Source of the DNA: an uncultured Acidobacteriota bacterium
GTDB taxonomy: Bacteria; Acidobacteriota; Blastocatellia; RBC074
Assembly: GCA_963796275.1 (NCBI GenBank)
Contig: CAWCKY010000006.1
Coordinates: 480,001 to 544,000 of the forward strand
Direction of reading: 5' to 3'
DNA: 64,000 nucleotides
Positions 11,327 through 22,519 of the stretch are shown here, piece after piece. Both the position numbers and the translations under genes were made by a program. Within the stretch, counting starts at the first letter, position 1. Each line of letters begins with the position of its first letter. A model generated the notes under the pieces. The model worked only from the letters and a program-made list of their open reading frames with translations. It did not search any database and had not been told where the DNA came from.

Positions 11327-13936
11327 CTATTTCGCTACCAGATTCACCAAGCGTTTCGGCACAACGATAGTTTTTATAACTTCTCGTCCTTGCAGCCGCG
11401 CCTGAACGCGTTCGTGAGCCAGCGCCGCGCGTGTCAGTACTTCATCGGTCGCATCGGCGGAGACGGTCAATCGGGCTATCAACTTTCCGTTAATCTGAAC
11501 GGGAATCTCCAGCTCTTCGTCCTTTGAGAGCTCGGCATCGAACATCGGCCAGCCTGAGGCGATGGTAATTTCGTCATACCCGACCGCGGCCCACAGTTCT
11601 TCGGCGATGTGCGGCGTGAATGGGGCCAGCATCTTCACCAGCGCTTCAATCGCTTCTTTCAAAGCGAACAGATCAGAGTCGGAAGCATCGCCCGTTCGCG
11701 AACCGTCGAAGGCATAGATTTCATTGGTCAACTCCATCAAAGCGGCGATGGCTGTGTTGAAGTTCATCCGATCACCGATGTCGTGCGTGACGCGTTTGAT
11801 CGTCTGATGTGTTTTACGGCGCAGCGCGCGGGCGGGGGCCGCAAACTCCTGCGGCTCGCCGATGATACCCGACAACTTTTCATGCCATTTGTAAACGATG
11901 CGCCAGACGCGGTTCAGGAATCTGGATGCGCCCTCGGTACCGGCCTCGCTCCATTCCAGATCCTTTTCCGGAGGAGCCGCGAAGAGCATAAACAGCCGCA
12001 CCGTGTCGGCTCCATAGACCTTGATCATTTCATCCGGATCGACCGTATTCTTCTTAGATTTGGACATCTTTTCGCTGCGGCCCGCCAGGACCGGACGATT
12101 GCAGAATTTACATCGGCCGTCGATCACATCGGTGGGATATAACCAGTTGTGTTCTTCGCAGCGATTGGTTGCCAGGCAAACCATTCCCTGCGTCAGCAGT
12201 TTTTTGACGGGTTCGCCGAATTTGATCAATCCCTGATCGCGCATTATCTTCGTCCACAGACGAGTGTAGATCAGGTGCAGCACGGCATGCTCTATTCCGC
12301 CGATATACTGTTCGACGGGCATCCAGTAGGCGACGACATCGGGGTTGAATGCCTGCTTGTCGTTATGTGCGTCGCAGTAGCGGAAGTAATACCACGACGA
12401 ATCGACGAATGTGTCCATTGTATCGGTGTCACGCCGCGCCGGGCCGCCGCACTGCGGACAGGTGGTATTAACGAAAGCCGCATTTTCCGCCAACGGTGAC
12501 CCCTGTGTGTTGAAGTTCAAATCCGCGGGCAGCCGCACCGGCAGCTGGTTCTCCGGAACCGGCACAATGCCGTCTTTCGGACAGTGAATGAAGGGAATTG
12601 GTGTTCCCCACGCCCGCTGCCGCGACACGCCCCAATCGCGGATCTTGAAATTCGTCTGCGGCTCACCGAAACCGCTTCTCACAGCTTCCTCGGTCATCGA
12701 CTCAATCGCCGAGGGAACGGGCATCCCGCTGAATCTCCCCGAATTGATCAATACGCCTGTCTCGTCCTTTGCCGTGAAGGGCGTTTCGACGGGGGCGTCA
12801 TCGGCTTCTGTCGATTCTTTCAGCCTGATAACGCGACGGATCGGCAGACCGTACTTTTGCGAAAACTCGAAATCGCGCTCATCGTGCGCGGGGACGGCCA
12901 TAATTGCGCCGGTGCCGTATCCGGTCAAAACGAAATTCGCCGTCCAGACGGGGAGCCTCTCGCCATTGAACGGATTGACGGCGAACCGGCCCGTATTCAC
13001 ACCTTGCTTCTCTCCGGCGATGCGCTCATCTTTTGAAATAATGGTCTGCTTCCCGACGAATTCAGCCAGCTCGGGGCGCGCGTTGCCTGATGCGATCAGC
13101 TTGGCGATGAACGGATGCTCGGGCGCGACGATTACGGCGTTTGCGCCGAAGATAGTGTCGATTCTGGTGGTGAAGATGCGAATCTTGCTCCCGTTGGTTG
13201 GGGCATCCTCGTGATCGATGGTGAAATCGACCACGGCGCCGGAGCTTCTTCCGATCCAGTTGCGTTGCATTGCTATGACGCGCTCGGGCCATCCGGATTC
13301 CAGTGTCTCCAGGTCGTCCAGCAGCTCATTGGCATAGTTCGACACGCGGATGAACCACTGCTCCAATTCGCGTTGTTCGACAGGCGTATCTTCGTGCCGC
13401 CAGCAGAACCCGCCCTCAGCCTGCTCGTTCGCCAGCGATGTATTGCACTTCGGGCACCAGTTGACGGTGGCGTTCTTGCGATAGATCAGCCCCATCTTCC
13501 ACATTTCGATAAAGAACCATTGGTTCCAGCGGTAGTACTCCGGCAGACACGAGGCTATTTCACGGCGCCAGTCATAACTGAAGCCCATGCGCTTCAGTTG
13601 CGCGCGCATCGCTTCGATGTTCTCGATGGTCCATTTGTCCGGCCGTGTGTTGTTGTTGATGGCAGCGTTCTCCGCGGGCATACCGAAAGCATCCCATCCC
13701 ATCGGGTGGATCACGTTGAACCCCTGCATCCGTTTGAAGGTGGCCAGCGCATCGCCGATAGAATAGTTGCGCACGTGACCCATATGGATGCGGCCCGACG
13801 GATAGGGCAGCATCTCCAGACAGTAAAACTTCGGGCGCGCCGGGTCTGGCTCGGCCTCGAAAACACGGCCTGCCGCCCAGCGCGCCTGCTGCCTCTCTTC
13901 TATCTCTTCAGGGAAATATTTTTCATTCATTATCAT
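11327..13936 (-). CDS. leuS: Leucine--tRNA ligase
   Basis: MLPYPSG.IHMGH, editing domain FTTRIDT and GTGAIMAVPAHD, DTFVDSSWY, KMSKS. Confidence 0.98.
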   Translation of the reverse strand: MIMNEKYFPEEIEERQQARWAAGRVFEAEPDPARPKFYCLEMLPYPSGRIHMGHVRNYSIGDALATFKRMQGFNVIHPMGWDAFGMPAENAAINNNTRPDKWTIENIEAMRAQLKRMGFSYDWRREIASCLPEYYRWNQWFFIEMWKMGLIYRKNATVNWCPKCNTSLANEQAEGGFCWRHEDTPVEQRELEQWFIRVSNYANELLDDLETLESGWPERVIAMQRNWIGRSSGAVVDFTIDHEDAPTNGSKIRIFTTRIDTIFGANAVIVAPEHPFIAKLIASGNARPELAEFVGKQTIISKDERIAGEKQGVNTGRFAVNPFNGERLPVWTANFVLTGYGTGAIMAVPAHDERDFEFSQKYGLPIRRVIRLKESTEADDAPVETPFTAKDETGVLINSGRFSGMPVPSAIESMTEEAVRSGFGEPQTNFKIRDWGVSRQRAWGTPIPFIHCPKDGIVPVPENQLPVRLPADLNFNTQGSPLAENAAFVNTTCPQCGGPARRDTDTMDTFVDSSWYYFRYCDAHNDKQAFNPDVVAYWMPVEQYIGGIEHAVLHLIYTRLWTKIMRDQGLIKFGEPVKKLLTQGMVCLATNRCEEHNWLYPTDVIDGRCKFCNRPVLAGRSEKMSKSKKNTVDPDEMIKVYGADTVRLFMLFAAPPEKDLEWSEAGTEGASRFLNRVWRIVYKWHEKLSGIIGEPQEFAAPARALRRKTHQTIKRVTHDIGDRMNFNTAIAALMELTNEIYAFDGSRTGDASDSDLFALKEAIEALVKMLAPFTPHIAEELWAAVGYDEITIASGWPMFDAELSKDEELEIPVQINGKLIARLTVSADATDEVLTRAALAHERVQARLQGREVIKTIVVPKRLVNLVAK

Positions 13937-14067
13937 AAAATGCCTCTTCAGGTGCTACCTGCTGAATCGAAATGGTTGCCCGGATTCAAAGTATACGGGC
14001 GACAATATATGTAGGAATATCTTTCAGGGAAAATTGCGGACGGAAAGCGCAGCGCAACTGAGAACCC

Positions 14068-14172
<105 letters not shown>

Positions 14173-14209
14173 TGGTAACAATCTCCGATTGATTGATATA
14201 ACGGCTCAG

Positions 14210-14239
14210 ATTCTACACAGATAGAGGCTTCTGTTTCAA
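14210..14239 (-). promoter_or_regulatory. Sigma70-like promoter for the leader and leuS
   Basis: TTGAAA-N18-TAGAAT on the minus strand, about 25 nt upstream of the leader RBS. Confidence 0.55.
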
Positions 14240-14405
14240 GGGGTGGGCAGAGGGAGCCGGAGCGGCCCTCATTGCTGCGGAGGCTCACGCGCGCCGGAGC
14301 CGAATTGAAGCTAACTGCGGGCTTTGCCTGGAGATACTTGCTGCCAATCGATCGATGAATGCTCCACCAGCGCCTTAACTGTTACAGCAGGTAGCCGAGG
14401 CTCGA

Positions 14406-15608
14406 TCAGTCAAGCGCTCTCAGGACAATACACTTCAAGTAATATGTCTCCGGCACGGTCAACAGTATCGGATGGTCGCGCGATTGCGTGCGTTTTTCGA
14501 TGACCTGTACCGTGCGACCGGCGTCGCGCGCTGCATCAGCGAGTATCCCCAGAAACATATCTTCCCTGACGTGATAAGAACACGAGCAAGTAATGAGCAT
14601 TCCGCCGGGGTTCAACAGCCTCAATGCGCGGAGGTTGATCTCTTTGTAACCGCGCAGCGCCGCTTCGACCGCGCCACGATTCTTTGCGAATGCCGGTGGA
14701 TCGAGAACGATCGTGTCGAATCGCTCACCCGCATCGTCGTAATCACGTAATCGGTCGAAAACGTTGGCTTCGATAAATTCAACGTTATATATGCCGTTGA
14801 GCTCGGCGTTACCCCTGGCCGCTTCGATGGCCGGCCGTGAAATATCGAGCGCGGTCACGCGGTTACATGTTTTCGCCATATGAAGCGCAAACGAGCCGTG
14901 GAAGCTGAAGCAATCGAGCCCACGGCCGCTGGCGTAGCGCATGGCGGCAGCTCGATTTTCGCGCTGATCGAGAAACGCGCCGGTCTTTTGCCCTTCGAGC
15001 AGATTCACCCGAAACCGAATCCCATTTTCGGTTATCACAAATTCTGCCTCGGAAATACCTTCGGTGTGGAGCAGACTGTTGATCATCGGCAGCCCCTCGA
15101 GCTGGCGGACCTTCGCGTCATTGCGTTCTACGATCAACCGCGGTTGAAACTCTTCGATCAACAATTCTACCCACGTCCTTTTGAGCGCATCCATTCCGCG
15201 CGTGAGCGTTTGGATGACGAATGAATCGCCATAACGATCGATGATCAGGCCCGGCAGGTAATCGCCCTCAGCGTGAACCAGACGATAGGCGTCGGTATCA
15301 GAGACCGCGCGTCTGCGCCACTCCGCGGCCGCTACCAATCGCGCGCGCCAGAAGTCTCGATCGATTTCAGCAGCGCCAGTTGAAATGAGGCGTAGCGATA
15401 TCTCCGATTCAGCGCCGTAGTGCGCCCAAGCCACAAAATTGCCTCGCTGATCGACGACTCGAACGACCGAGCCGCTTTCCGACGCCGGTCTGGTCGTCAC
15501 ATCGGTGCGATAAATCCATAGATGGCCGGCCCGGGCTCGCGCCAGGCCCTTGGCCGATATGATTGCCGCCTCGTCGGTCGCTTGCTTTGTCACTTGACTC
15601 TTGCCCAT
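14406..15608 (-). CDS. rlmI: RlmI-like class I SAM-dependent rRNA methyltransferase
   Basis: PUA-like GHLWIY, AEGDYLPGLIIDRY, GQKTGAFLDQRENR, VLDPPAF, TCSCS. Start placed at ATG 15608. Confidence 0.88.
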   Translation of the reverse strand: MGKSQVTKQATDEAAIISAKGLARARAGHLWIYRTDVTTRPASESGSVVRVVDQRGNFVAWAHYGAESEISLRLISTGAAEIDRDFWRARLVAAAEWRRRAVSDTDAYRLVHAEGDYLPGLIIDRYGDSFVIQTLTRGMDALKRTWVELLIEEFQPRLIVERNDAKVRQLEGLPMINSLLHTEGISEAEFVITENGIRFRVNLLEGQKTGAFLDQRENRAAAMRYASGRGLDCFSFHGSFALHMAKTCNRVTALDISRPAIEAARGNAELNGIYNVEFIEANVFDRLRDYDDAGERFDTIVLDPPAFAKNRGAVEAALRGYKEINLRALRLLNPGGMLITCSCSYHVREDMFLGILADAARDAGRTVQVIEKRTQSRDHPILLTVPETYYLKCIVLRALD

Positions 15609-15639
15609 AAATACAGAACGATGATTGAGATACAGGAAT

Positions 15640-15738
15640 TGTGAAGTTGATACTTGATAGTCGATAGGTTGTATCGTATCCACTGGGAATAATTTATATC
15701 AACTATCAATTATAATTATCAACTATCAATTATCATCT
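15640..15738. repeat. Heptamer inverted-repeat element (TTGATAG)n...(CTATCAA)n
   Basis: GTTGATA-CTTGATA-GTCGATA on the left; TATCAAC-TATCAAT-TATAAT-TATCAAC-TATCAAT on the right, between divergent genes. Confidence 0.75.
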
Positions 15739-15765
15739 GCCTAACTCATTTCAGTGATTCGGTAG

Positions 15766-16299
15766 ATGCAAAAATACAATCAAACGGAAAAAGATATAAG
15801 AGGGCAAGTCGCATACCTGGGGCTCGGATCGAATTTAGGCGATCGCGCGGCGAATATCATGCGCGCGATTTCAGCATTTGTCGCCGCTGATTTTCATTTA
15901 ACGGCGCTCTCATCAATTTATGAGACCGATCCGGTAGATTATCTCGAACAACCGAGATTTTTAAATATGGTCGCTGCTGTGACCGGCAAGCTGGAACCGT
16001 TTTCATTCTTGGGCATTTGCTTGGAGATAGAGCAATATCTGGGGCGGCGGCGCACAATCCCGCGCGGTGCGAGGACGATTGATATTGACCTCTTGATGCT
16101 CGATGATTTGATTATCGACGACAAACGTGATGACATTTGTTTGACCCTCCCGCATCCCAGAATGCATTTGAGGCGATTTGTGCTCGAGCCTATGACTGAA
16201 ATCGCTCCGGATCTCGAACATCCGGTCTTAAATCTGAAAATATCGCAACTGCTCGACAGGCTCGATGATTCGGCTGCGGTGAGACTTTATTTTGAGTAA
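15766..16299 (+). CDS. folK: 2-amino-4-hydroxy-6-hydroxymethyldihydropteridine diphosphokinase
   Basis: YLGLGSNLGDR, SSIYETDP, FLNMV, RTIDIDLL, LPHPRMH.R.FVL. Confidence 0.95.
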   Translation: MQKYNQTEKDIRGQVAYLGLGSNLGDRAANIMRAISAFVAADFHLTALSSIYETDPVDYLEQPRFLNMVAAVTGKLEPFSFLGICLEIEQYLGRRRTIPRGARTIDIDLLMLDDLIIDDKRDDICLTLPHPRMHLRRFVLEPMTEIAPDLEHPVLNLKISQLLDRLDDSAAVRLYFE

Positions 16300-16338
16300 T
16301 TACGGTAACAAGAGCGAATCCCAGGCTGGGGTTGAGTT

Positions 16339-17226
16339 ATGGAAATTATCACGAAAAATGCGCGTATGCGTATCGTATCGAGCAAGCTGTGGGATGAAGA
16401 ACGTCCCATAGGTTTTGTGCCGACGATGGGTGCGCTACATGAAGGCCATCTGAGTATGGTGCGGGAGGCGCGGCGAATGGCCGATGCGGTGATCGTTTCG
16501 ATCTTCGTCGATCCGACCCAGTTCCTCTCGAAAAAAGAGTTCTTTAAATACCCGCGCGATCTGGCACGCGATGCCGATCTGCTGGCGCCGGTCGGAGTCG
16601 ATTATATCTTCGCACCGAGCGCGGAAGAGATGTATCCGCCTGGTTTCGCCACCTATATCGATGTCGAAGGATTGAGCGATAAGCTCGAGGGGATTTCGCG
16701 GCCCGGTTACTTTCGAGGTGTGGCTACTGCATTGACCATTCTCTTCAATAATGTTCAGCCAAAATTCGTCTTTCTGGGACAGCGCGACGCGCAACAGACG
16801 GTTATTATCAAAAAGATCGTTCGAGATCTCGATATTCCTGTCGAGATCGTCGTGATGCCGATAGTGCGCGAGGCTGACGGACTGGCGTGTGCTTCACGTA
16901 ACCGCAATCTCACCCCCGAAGAAAGGCGCGCCGCTCCAGTGCTCTATCGGGCACTGAAACTGGCGGAGAAGTTGTTCAACGACGGTGAACGCAACGGCGG
17001 GCGAATCATCAAAGCAATGCGGAAGGAGATCGACCAGGAGCCGCTCGCTCGCATAGACTACCTGTCTATCACCGATGCGGAACATCTTGACCTGATCGAT
17101 GATCTGTCTGATCAAAATTCTCTCGTTTCGGTTGCCGCCGAATTTGGAGGAACCAGGTTGATCGATAATCTCCTACTTAACGATAGTAAGGTCAGATCGA
17201 AGGCCGGAAGATTGAAGTTGGGATAG
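16339..17226 (+). CDS. panC: Pantoate--beta-alanine ligase family protein with atypical motifs
   Basis: GFVPTMGALHEGH, YPRDL..D, VREADGLA, RLIDN; several conserved residues are substituted. Confidence 0.88.
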   Translation: MEIITKNARMRIVSSKLWDEERPIGFVPTMGALHEGHLSMVREARRMADAVIVSIFVDPTQFLSKKEFFKYPRDLARDADLLAPVGVDYIFAPSAEEMYPPGFATYIDVEGLSDKLEGISRPGYFRGVATALTILFNNVQPKFVFLGQRDAQQTVIIKKIVRDLDIPVEIVVMPIVREADGLACASRNRNLTPEERRAAPVLYRALKLAEKLFNDGERNGGRIIKAMRKEIDQEPLARIDYLSITDAEHLDLIDDLSDQNSLVSVAAEFGGTRLIDNLLLNDSKVRSKAGRLKLG

Positions 17227-17231
17227 AAAGA

Positions 17232-17311
17232 AAGTGTTTAGTTTTCAGTTTTTAGCCGAGAGAAACCGGTGGTTTTGAATCGAAAGCTAAAAACTGAAAA
17301 CTGAAAACTTT
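17232..17311. repeat. Heptamer inverted-repeat element between convergent panC and ychF
   Basis: AGTGTTT-AGTTTTC-AGTTTTT-AGC ... GCT-AAAAACT-GAAAACT-GAAAACT. Confidence 0.85.
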
Positions 17312-17317
17312 CTTTAA

Positions 17318-18409
17318 TTAGACATTGAATCTGAACAGTACCACGTCGCCGTCTCGTACGACGTACTCTTTGCCTTCCAGCCGCATCAAACCTTTTTCTT
17401 TGGCGGCCGCCGAGGAGCCAGCTTTGATCAAATCGTCATATGAGGTCACTTCTGCCCGGATGAAGCCGCGCTCGAGGTCGGAGTGGATCGCGCCCGCCGC
17501 CTCAGGTGCTTTCGCGCCCTTGCGGATCGTCCATGCGCGCGCTTCCTTCTCGCCGGCAGTGAAATATGAAATCAAGCCGAGCGTGTGATAAGCGCTCCGA
17601 ATCAATTTACCCAGGCCGGTCTCGGTCACTCCGACGCTTGCCAGATACTGCGGCCTCTCCGCCGGATCAAGATCAACGAGGTCTGCTTCGAGTTGTGCGC
17701 TGATTACAACATAATCTTCGTCACCGGCCTGTTCGCGCACCTGCCCGATGTAGGCGGTCTCAGCTCCGCTGAGGTCCGATTCGGCGACGTTGGCTACATA
17801 GATCATCGGTTTCATGGTGAGCAGAAAGAGATGATAGGCTCGGGCTCTCTCTTCATCGGTCAGTCCCGCGTGGCGTGCAGGAATGCCTTCGTCAAAAGCT
17901 GATTGCAGTTTATCGAGAAGGGCCGTTTCTTCCTTGGCTGTCTTGTCGCCCGTCTTGGCCTGTTTGACTGTCCGTTCGCGGCGCTTCTCAACCGTGGCTA
18001 GATCGGCGAGGATCAATTCGAGATTGAGCGTTTCGATGTCGCGCCGCGGATCGATAGTCTCTTCTACGTGGACTACATTCTCGTCTTCAAAACAACGCAC
18101 GACGTGCACGATCAACTCAGTCTCGCGGATATGATGCAGAAACTGGTTCCCCAGTCCTTCCCCCTGGCTGGCGCCTTTGGCCAAACCGGCGATGTCCACG
18201 AACTCGACCGTCGCATAAACTATCTTATTCGTCTTCGCTACCTTTGCCAGTGGCTCGAGGCGTGCGTCGGGAACATTGACCACTCCCACGTTCGCCCCCG
18301 TCGTGCTGAACGGATAATTCGCGCTCTCGGCCCCGCGCGTGGCTGTGAGCGCATTGAACAAAGTTGATTTACCCACATTCGGTAATCCGACTATACCTGC
18401 TCGTAACAC
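17318..18409 (-). CDS. ychF: Redox-regulated ATPase YchF (Obg family)
   Basis: [30 protein letters not shown] domain GFIRAEV...LEGKEY...FRFNV. Confidence 0.97.
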   Translation of the reverse strand: MLRAGIVGLPNVGKSTLFNALTATRGAESANYPFSTTGANVGVVNVPDARLEPLAKVAKTNKIVYATVEFVDIAGLAKGASQGEGLGNQFLHHIRETELIVHVVRCFEDENVVHVEETIDPRRDIETLNLELILADLATVEKRRERTVKQAKTGDKTAKEETALLDKLQSAFDEGIPARHAGLTDEERARAYHLFLLTMKPMIYVANVAESDLSGAETAYIGQVREQAGDEDYVVISAQLEADLVDLDPAERPQYLASVGVTETGLGKLIRSAYHTLGLISYFTAGEKEARAWTIRKGAKAPEAAGAIHSDLERGFIRAEVTSYDDLIKAGSSAAAKEKGLMRLEGKEYVVRDGDVVLFRFNV

Positions 18410-18599
18410 TTATTGGCATTCTCCTCTTCGCTGTCTTCGCTTCGTAGCGGTTGATTTTCCTCGATTCATCAACCTCTGTCTACCGAACTAAGATCATTCG
18501 TTCAAATCTCCCGCATATTCGTCGCAGACACCACATAATCGTCGGATGCTAAAGAAGTTGTCCTCACTCGAAATATTTGACTTGTTCTTAATGGATGGA

Positions 18600-18608
18600 T
18601 GGTATAAT
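18600..18608 (+). promoter_or_regulatory. Extended -10 promoter element
   Basis: TG-G-TATAAT about 35 nt upstream of the HAD ORF. Confidence 0.5.
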
Positions 18609-18641
18609 TACCGCCGTTGATTGCTAGTACAGAATCGATGA

Positions 18642-19511
18642 ATGAATTTTATGATAGTTATGGATAAAACTAATATCAAAAAACTCTTTTTATTTGCGAG
18701 TGACTTCGATCACACGCTCAGTTTTAACGATTCGGGAAATATTCTGAGCGAATTGCTGGGAGTATCGGGATTTGAACAGAAGGTGGAGGATGTTGCGCGG
18801 AAGAACCTGGTGCAGCAGGGTGGGGAACTGGCATACCTGCTTTTGCACGATCCAGATTATCGGCAGGTTCGCCAGGAGCATTTGAGTGAAGCGGGCAAGA
18901 AGATACGGCTCAAGGGTAACATTCCGCTTTTCGCCAACGTTATCAATCAAGGGATCGATGGCCATCAATTCCTCTTCTATGTGATCTCGGCCGCGCCTGA
19001 GGAGGTGATCAAATCGGCGCTTGAGAACATTATTCCGCCCGAGAATATCTTCGGCACGAAATTCGAATATCATCCGGCGACGGGTGAGATCGAGTCGATC
19101 GTCCGCGTACCCGCGGGATACGGCAAAGTGGCGGTACTCGATGAATTGCAAACAGACCTCAACATCAGTCCGGACCGCATCGTTTATGTGGGTGATGGAA
19201 GCTCGGACGTGCACGTCATGTTGCACGTGAACCGCCGCGATGGCTTCACCATCGCGGTTTCCGAGAGCAAATATATCGCTCCCATCGCCAGGCGGGCGAT
19301 AATGAGCGATGACGCGCTCAGCCCGTTGATTCCGATTCTGGAAGACATCATCGGATGGAACGATTCGAATCAGATTCGTGCTTTATTCGAATCCTGCGGG
19401 TTGCAGATTCAGGAGTGGGATAAAGTAAGAACAGACTGGTTGACGATTCGTGAACTTCCGGCAGTCACGGCCGTTGATGCAGTAAGTTACCTGGAGGTGG
19501 GCACTCTTTGA
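18642..19511 (+). CDS. HAD-superfamily (IB-like) phosphatase
   Basis: SDFDHTL (DxDxT), ISA, GK and YVGDGSSD motifs. Confidence 0.85.
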   Translation: MNFMIVMDKTNIKKLFLFASDFDHTLSFNDSGNILSELLGVSGFEQKVEDVARKNLVQQGGELAYLLLHDPDYRQVRQEHLSEAGKKIRLKGNIPLFANVINQGIDGHQFLFYVISAAPEEVIKSALENIIPPENIFGTKFEYHPATGEIESIVRVPAGYGKVAVLDELQTDLNISPDRIVYVGDGSSDVHVMLHVNRRDGFTIAVSESKYIAPIARRAIMSDDALSPLIPILEDIIGWNDSNQIRALFESCGLQIQEWDKVRTDWLTIRELPAVTAVDAVSYLEVGTL

Positions 19512-19570
19512 TGTAGTGATTCACCGCAAAAGATAGAAGACCCCAAATTATTTTGATCTTTTGTGGCGAA

Positions 19571-20503
19571 TCAGCTCGCTAAAAAATCATTGAGCTCAGT
19601 TTCGGTGGGCAACCCGTCGCGCGCTCCCATTTCGCGGCACTGGAGGGCTGCGACGGCGTTGGCCACACGCATCGTTTCCTCGATGCTCAGCCCCTTGCAC
19701 AAGCCATAAATGAATCCTCCGCGAAATGCGTCCCCCGCCCCGGTCGTATCGCGAATGACCGGGGGGCGAAATGCCGGCGACGCGATGAACTGCCGTTCGA
19801 CGTATGCCAGGGCCCCGCGCGATCCCTGGGTCATCGCTACCAGATAACAGCTGTATCTCTCGTTCAACCGCTTCAATGCTTCCTGCTCGTCCATTGTTCC
19901 GGTCAATTCATTGGCCAACCCTTGTGAGGTGATCAAACAGTCGACGAGAGGCAATAGTTCATCGATACCGGGATAGGCAGTGTCGAGGTCAATAGTCACC
20001 GGCATGCCCGCCTCGTGAGCCCATCCGGCCGCCCGGATCGCCGCTTTTGTGTCGAATCCGTCGAGGTGCAGCACGCGACCGCGTGTGATCAGCTCGCTCT
20101 TCAGCTCTCCGGGCTCGATTCGTGTCGCGTCGTCGTGATACCAGAGGATCGTGCGTTCGCCGGAAAACCGCTCGATAATTATCACCGCACCCTGTGTCTT
20201 GGCGGCGACTTCGATCATCACGCCCGCGCAATCGACCCCCTCTTTTTGCAGAGATTCGATCAACATGCGGCCTTCATTGTCGTATCCGACTTTACCGACA
20301 TAGCCCGCGCGCATCCCGAGGCGTTGAAGGGCGACCATTGCTGAAGACACCTGCCCGCCCGGCATTTGCCGGTGATCGCTCAATCGGACTTTTGTATTGA
20401 ATTGCGGGAATCGCGGGATCGTGACCAGGTGATCGACAGCGTTGAGGCCGAAGCCTACGACGTCGAATTCACGGTTGTCGGGAAGCGAAAGGGAGAATTT
20501 CAT
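19571..20503 (-). CDS. PfkB-family carbohydrate kinase
   Basis: PGGQ, VGKVG.D..G, DTTGAGDAF; start placed at ATG 20503. Confidence 0.92.
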   Translation of the reverse strand: MKFSLSLPDNREFDVVGFGLNAVDHLVTIPRFPQFNTKVRLSDHRQMPGGQVSSAMVALQRLGMRAGYVGKVGYDNEGRMLIESLQKEGVDCAGVMIEVAAKTQGAVIIIERFSGERTILWYHDDATRIEPGELKSELITRGRVLHLDGFDTKAAIRAAGWAHEAGMPVTIDLDTAYPGIDELLPLVDCLITSQGLANELTGTMDEQEALKRLNERYSCYLVAMTQGSRGALAYVERQFIASPAFRPPVIRDTTGAGDAFRGGFIYGLCKGLSIEETMRVANAVAALQCREMGARDGLPTETELNDFLAS

Positions 20504-20515
20504 AGCGTCGATTCT

Positions 20516-20607
20516 AGAAGAGAGAAGCAAAAAGGACAAAAAAGAGCTAGTACGGCAAAAAAACTTTTTTGTTCTTTTTGCCTTTCTTGCCTTTTTTGCT
20601 TCCTCTA
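20516..20607. repeat. 9-nt-period A-rich/T-rich inverted-repeat element
   Basis: GAAGCAAAAAGGACAAAAAAGAG ... TTTTGTTCTTTTTGCCTTTCTTGCCTTTTTTGCTTC. Confidence 0.8.
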
Positions 20608-20617
20608 AACTTTAACC

Positions 20618-22490
20618 ATGACGCTTGACGAGAAACTTCAAATTTTACCGGCCCAACCTGGTTGTTACCTTCACAAGAATGCGAAGGGCGAGATCCTCTA
20701 CGTCGGTAAGGCGAGGAATCTGCGTAACCGTGTACGCCAATATTTTCAAAACTCGCGCGGCTTCGACATCAAGACGCAGGAACTTGTCGCCCGCATCACC
20801 GATCTCGAATTTATCGTCACCGACACCGAGGCCGAAGCCCTCATCCTCGAATCGAACCTGATCAAGCAGCACAACCCGCGGTTCAATGTGAGGCTTAAGG
20901 ACGACAAGTCGTATCCGCATCTGAAGCTCACCATCAACGAAGAGTTCCCGCGCATCTTCAAAACGCGCCGCGTCGAAAAAGACGGCGCGGCTTATTTCGG
21001 ACCTTATCTCCCGGCGTCGCTGGCCGACAAAACGGTTTCGCTCATCAACCGCGAGTTTCAATTGAGGACGTGCTCGGATGAAGTTTATGAAATTTATAAA
21101 CGCGCCGGACGCCCCTGCATGGAATACCAGATAAAACGATGCGCCGGGCCGTGCCAGAAAGACTTGTGCAAGCCCGAACAGTATCGCGAGGCCGCTAATG
21201 ACGTGCTTCTCCTGCTCGAAGGGAAGGACAGAGAACTCGCCGAGAACCTGGAAGAGCGTATGCTCAAAGCTTCTGATGAGTTGCGGTTTGAAATGGCGGC
21301 CAAATATCGAGACTTGCTCAAAACGGTGCGCGCCTTAAGCGAGCATCAGAAAATGATGACTAAGTTCGAGGAGGATATTGACATCTTCGGCTACTATCGT
21401 GAGGCGAACCAGCTTGCGCTCCATCTCTTCACGATGCGAGAAGGCCGGATCGTCGGGCGCCGCGAATTTTATTGGGAAGATGTCTCGGTAGATAACTTCG
21501 ATCCGGCGGAATTTCTGGGCTCGGTGCTGGAGCAATACTATACCATCGGCAATTACGTCCCTCTTGAAATTCACGTGCCGGTAGACTGGCCGGACCGTGA
21601 ACTGCTCGAGGAGGTCTTGAGCGGCAAACGCGGGACGCGCGTCCAGATACCTCGATCCGCAGCGCGGCCGGAAGCGCGCGCTAATAGATCTGGTCGAAAA
21701 GAACGCGAAGCTGGGGTTCGATCAGCGCTTCCGGGTCATCAAGCCCGACTGGACGCGCATCCTATCCGAGCTACAGGAAACCCTGGCTCTTCCCCAATAC
21801 CCCAGGCTCATCGAATCATTCGACGTCTCGAATATTCAAGGCTCCGAGAACGTCGCGGCTATGGTCGTCTGCGAAGAGGGTGAGATGAAGAAGGGCGGAT
21901 ATCGCAAATTTATCATCAGGACGGTCGAGGGCGCCGACGATTTCGCTTCCATGCGCGAAGCCGTATCGCGCCGCTACTCGCGTCTTATGCGCGAAGATAA
22001 ACGACTGCCGGACCTCGTATTGATCGACGGAGGCAAAGGGCAATTGTCCGCGTCTGCCGCGGCATTGCACGAGATCGGTCTGGCAGATCTGCCGCTGGTT
22101 GGCATAGTCAAGCCCCGCGGCCGCCATGACGAGATCAGCCACCTGCTGGTGAAGGGGAGGGAAGACGAGCCGATCTTTCTGGAGAAGACCTCTCCCGCGA
22201 TGCGGCTGGTGCGAATGATACGCGATGAGACGCACCGGTTCGCCGTGAGCTTTCATCGGCAGCGGCGCACGATGCGAGACTTTCAATCCGAACTGACATC
22301 GATCCCCGGGATCGGAGAGAAATTGAAGGAGAGATTATTGCGAAATTTCGGGAGCCTGAAGAGGGTGGGAGAAGCGACTGTGGCCGAGTTGCGGCCTTTC
22401 GTCGGCCAGAAGCAGGCGGAGAGGATCGTTGAACATTTTAATCGTGAGCGAAAAAATGATGAAGAATACGAAACAAACGATCAAGCCTGA
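20618..22490 (+). CDS. uvrC: Excinuclease ABC subunit C, split by a +1 indel near 21650
   Basis: GIY-YIG (PGCY, YVGKA), DDKSYP, UVR domain. Removing one C near 21650 restores LDPQRG...IESFDVSN...IDGGKGQ...RDETHRFA and the HhH motif. Confidence 0.95.
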
Positions 22491-22519
22491 TATACCGTTC
22501 GTTTCGCATTCTTCTCTTT

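Noticed and set aside
15609-15683. N-terminal extensions in the ORF track (rlmI, also dnaG 421, pfkB 20539, holA 10213)
   Set aside because: They arise from reading into repeat elements; these are cytoplasmic proteins with better downstream ATGs.
21640-21665. Programmed frameshifting in uvrC or the other split genes
   Set aside because: No slippery heptamer or stimulatory structure; the repeated +1 pattern fits sequencing error.
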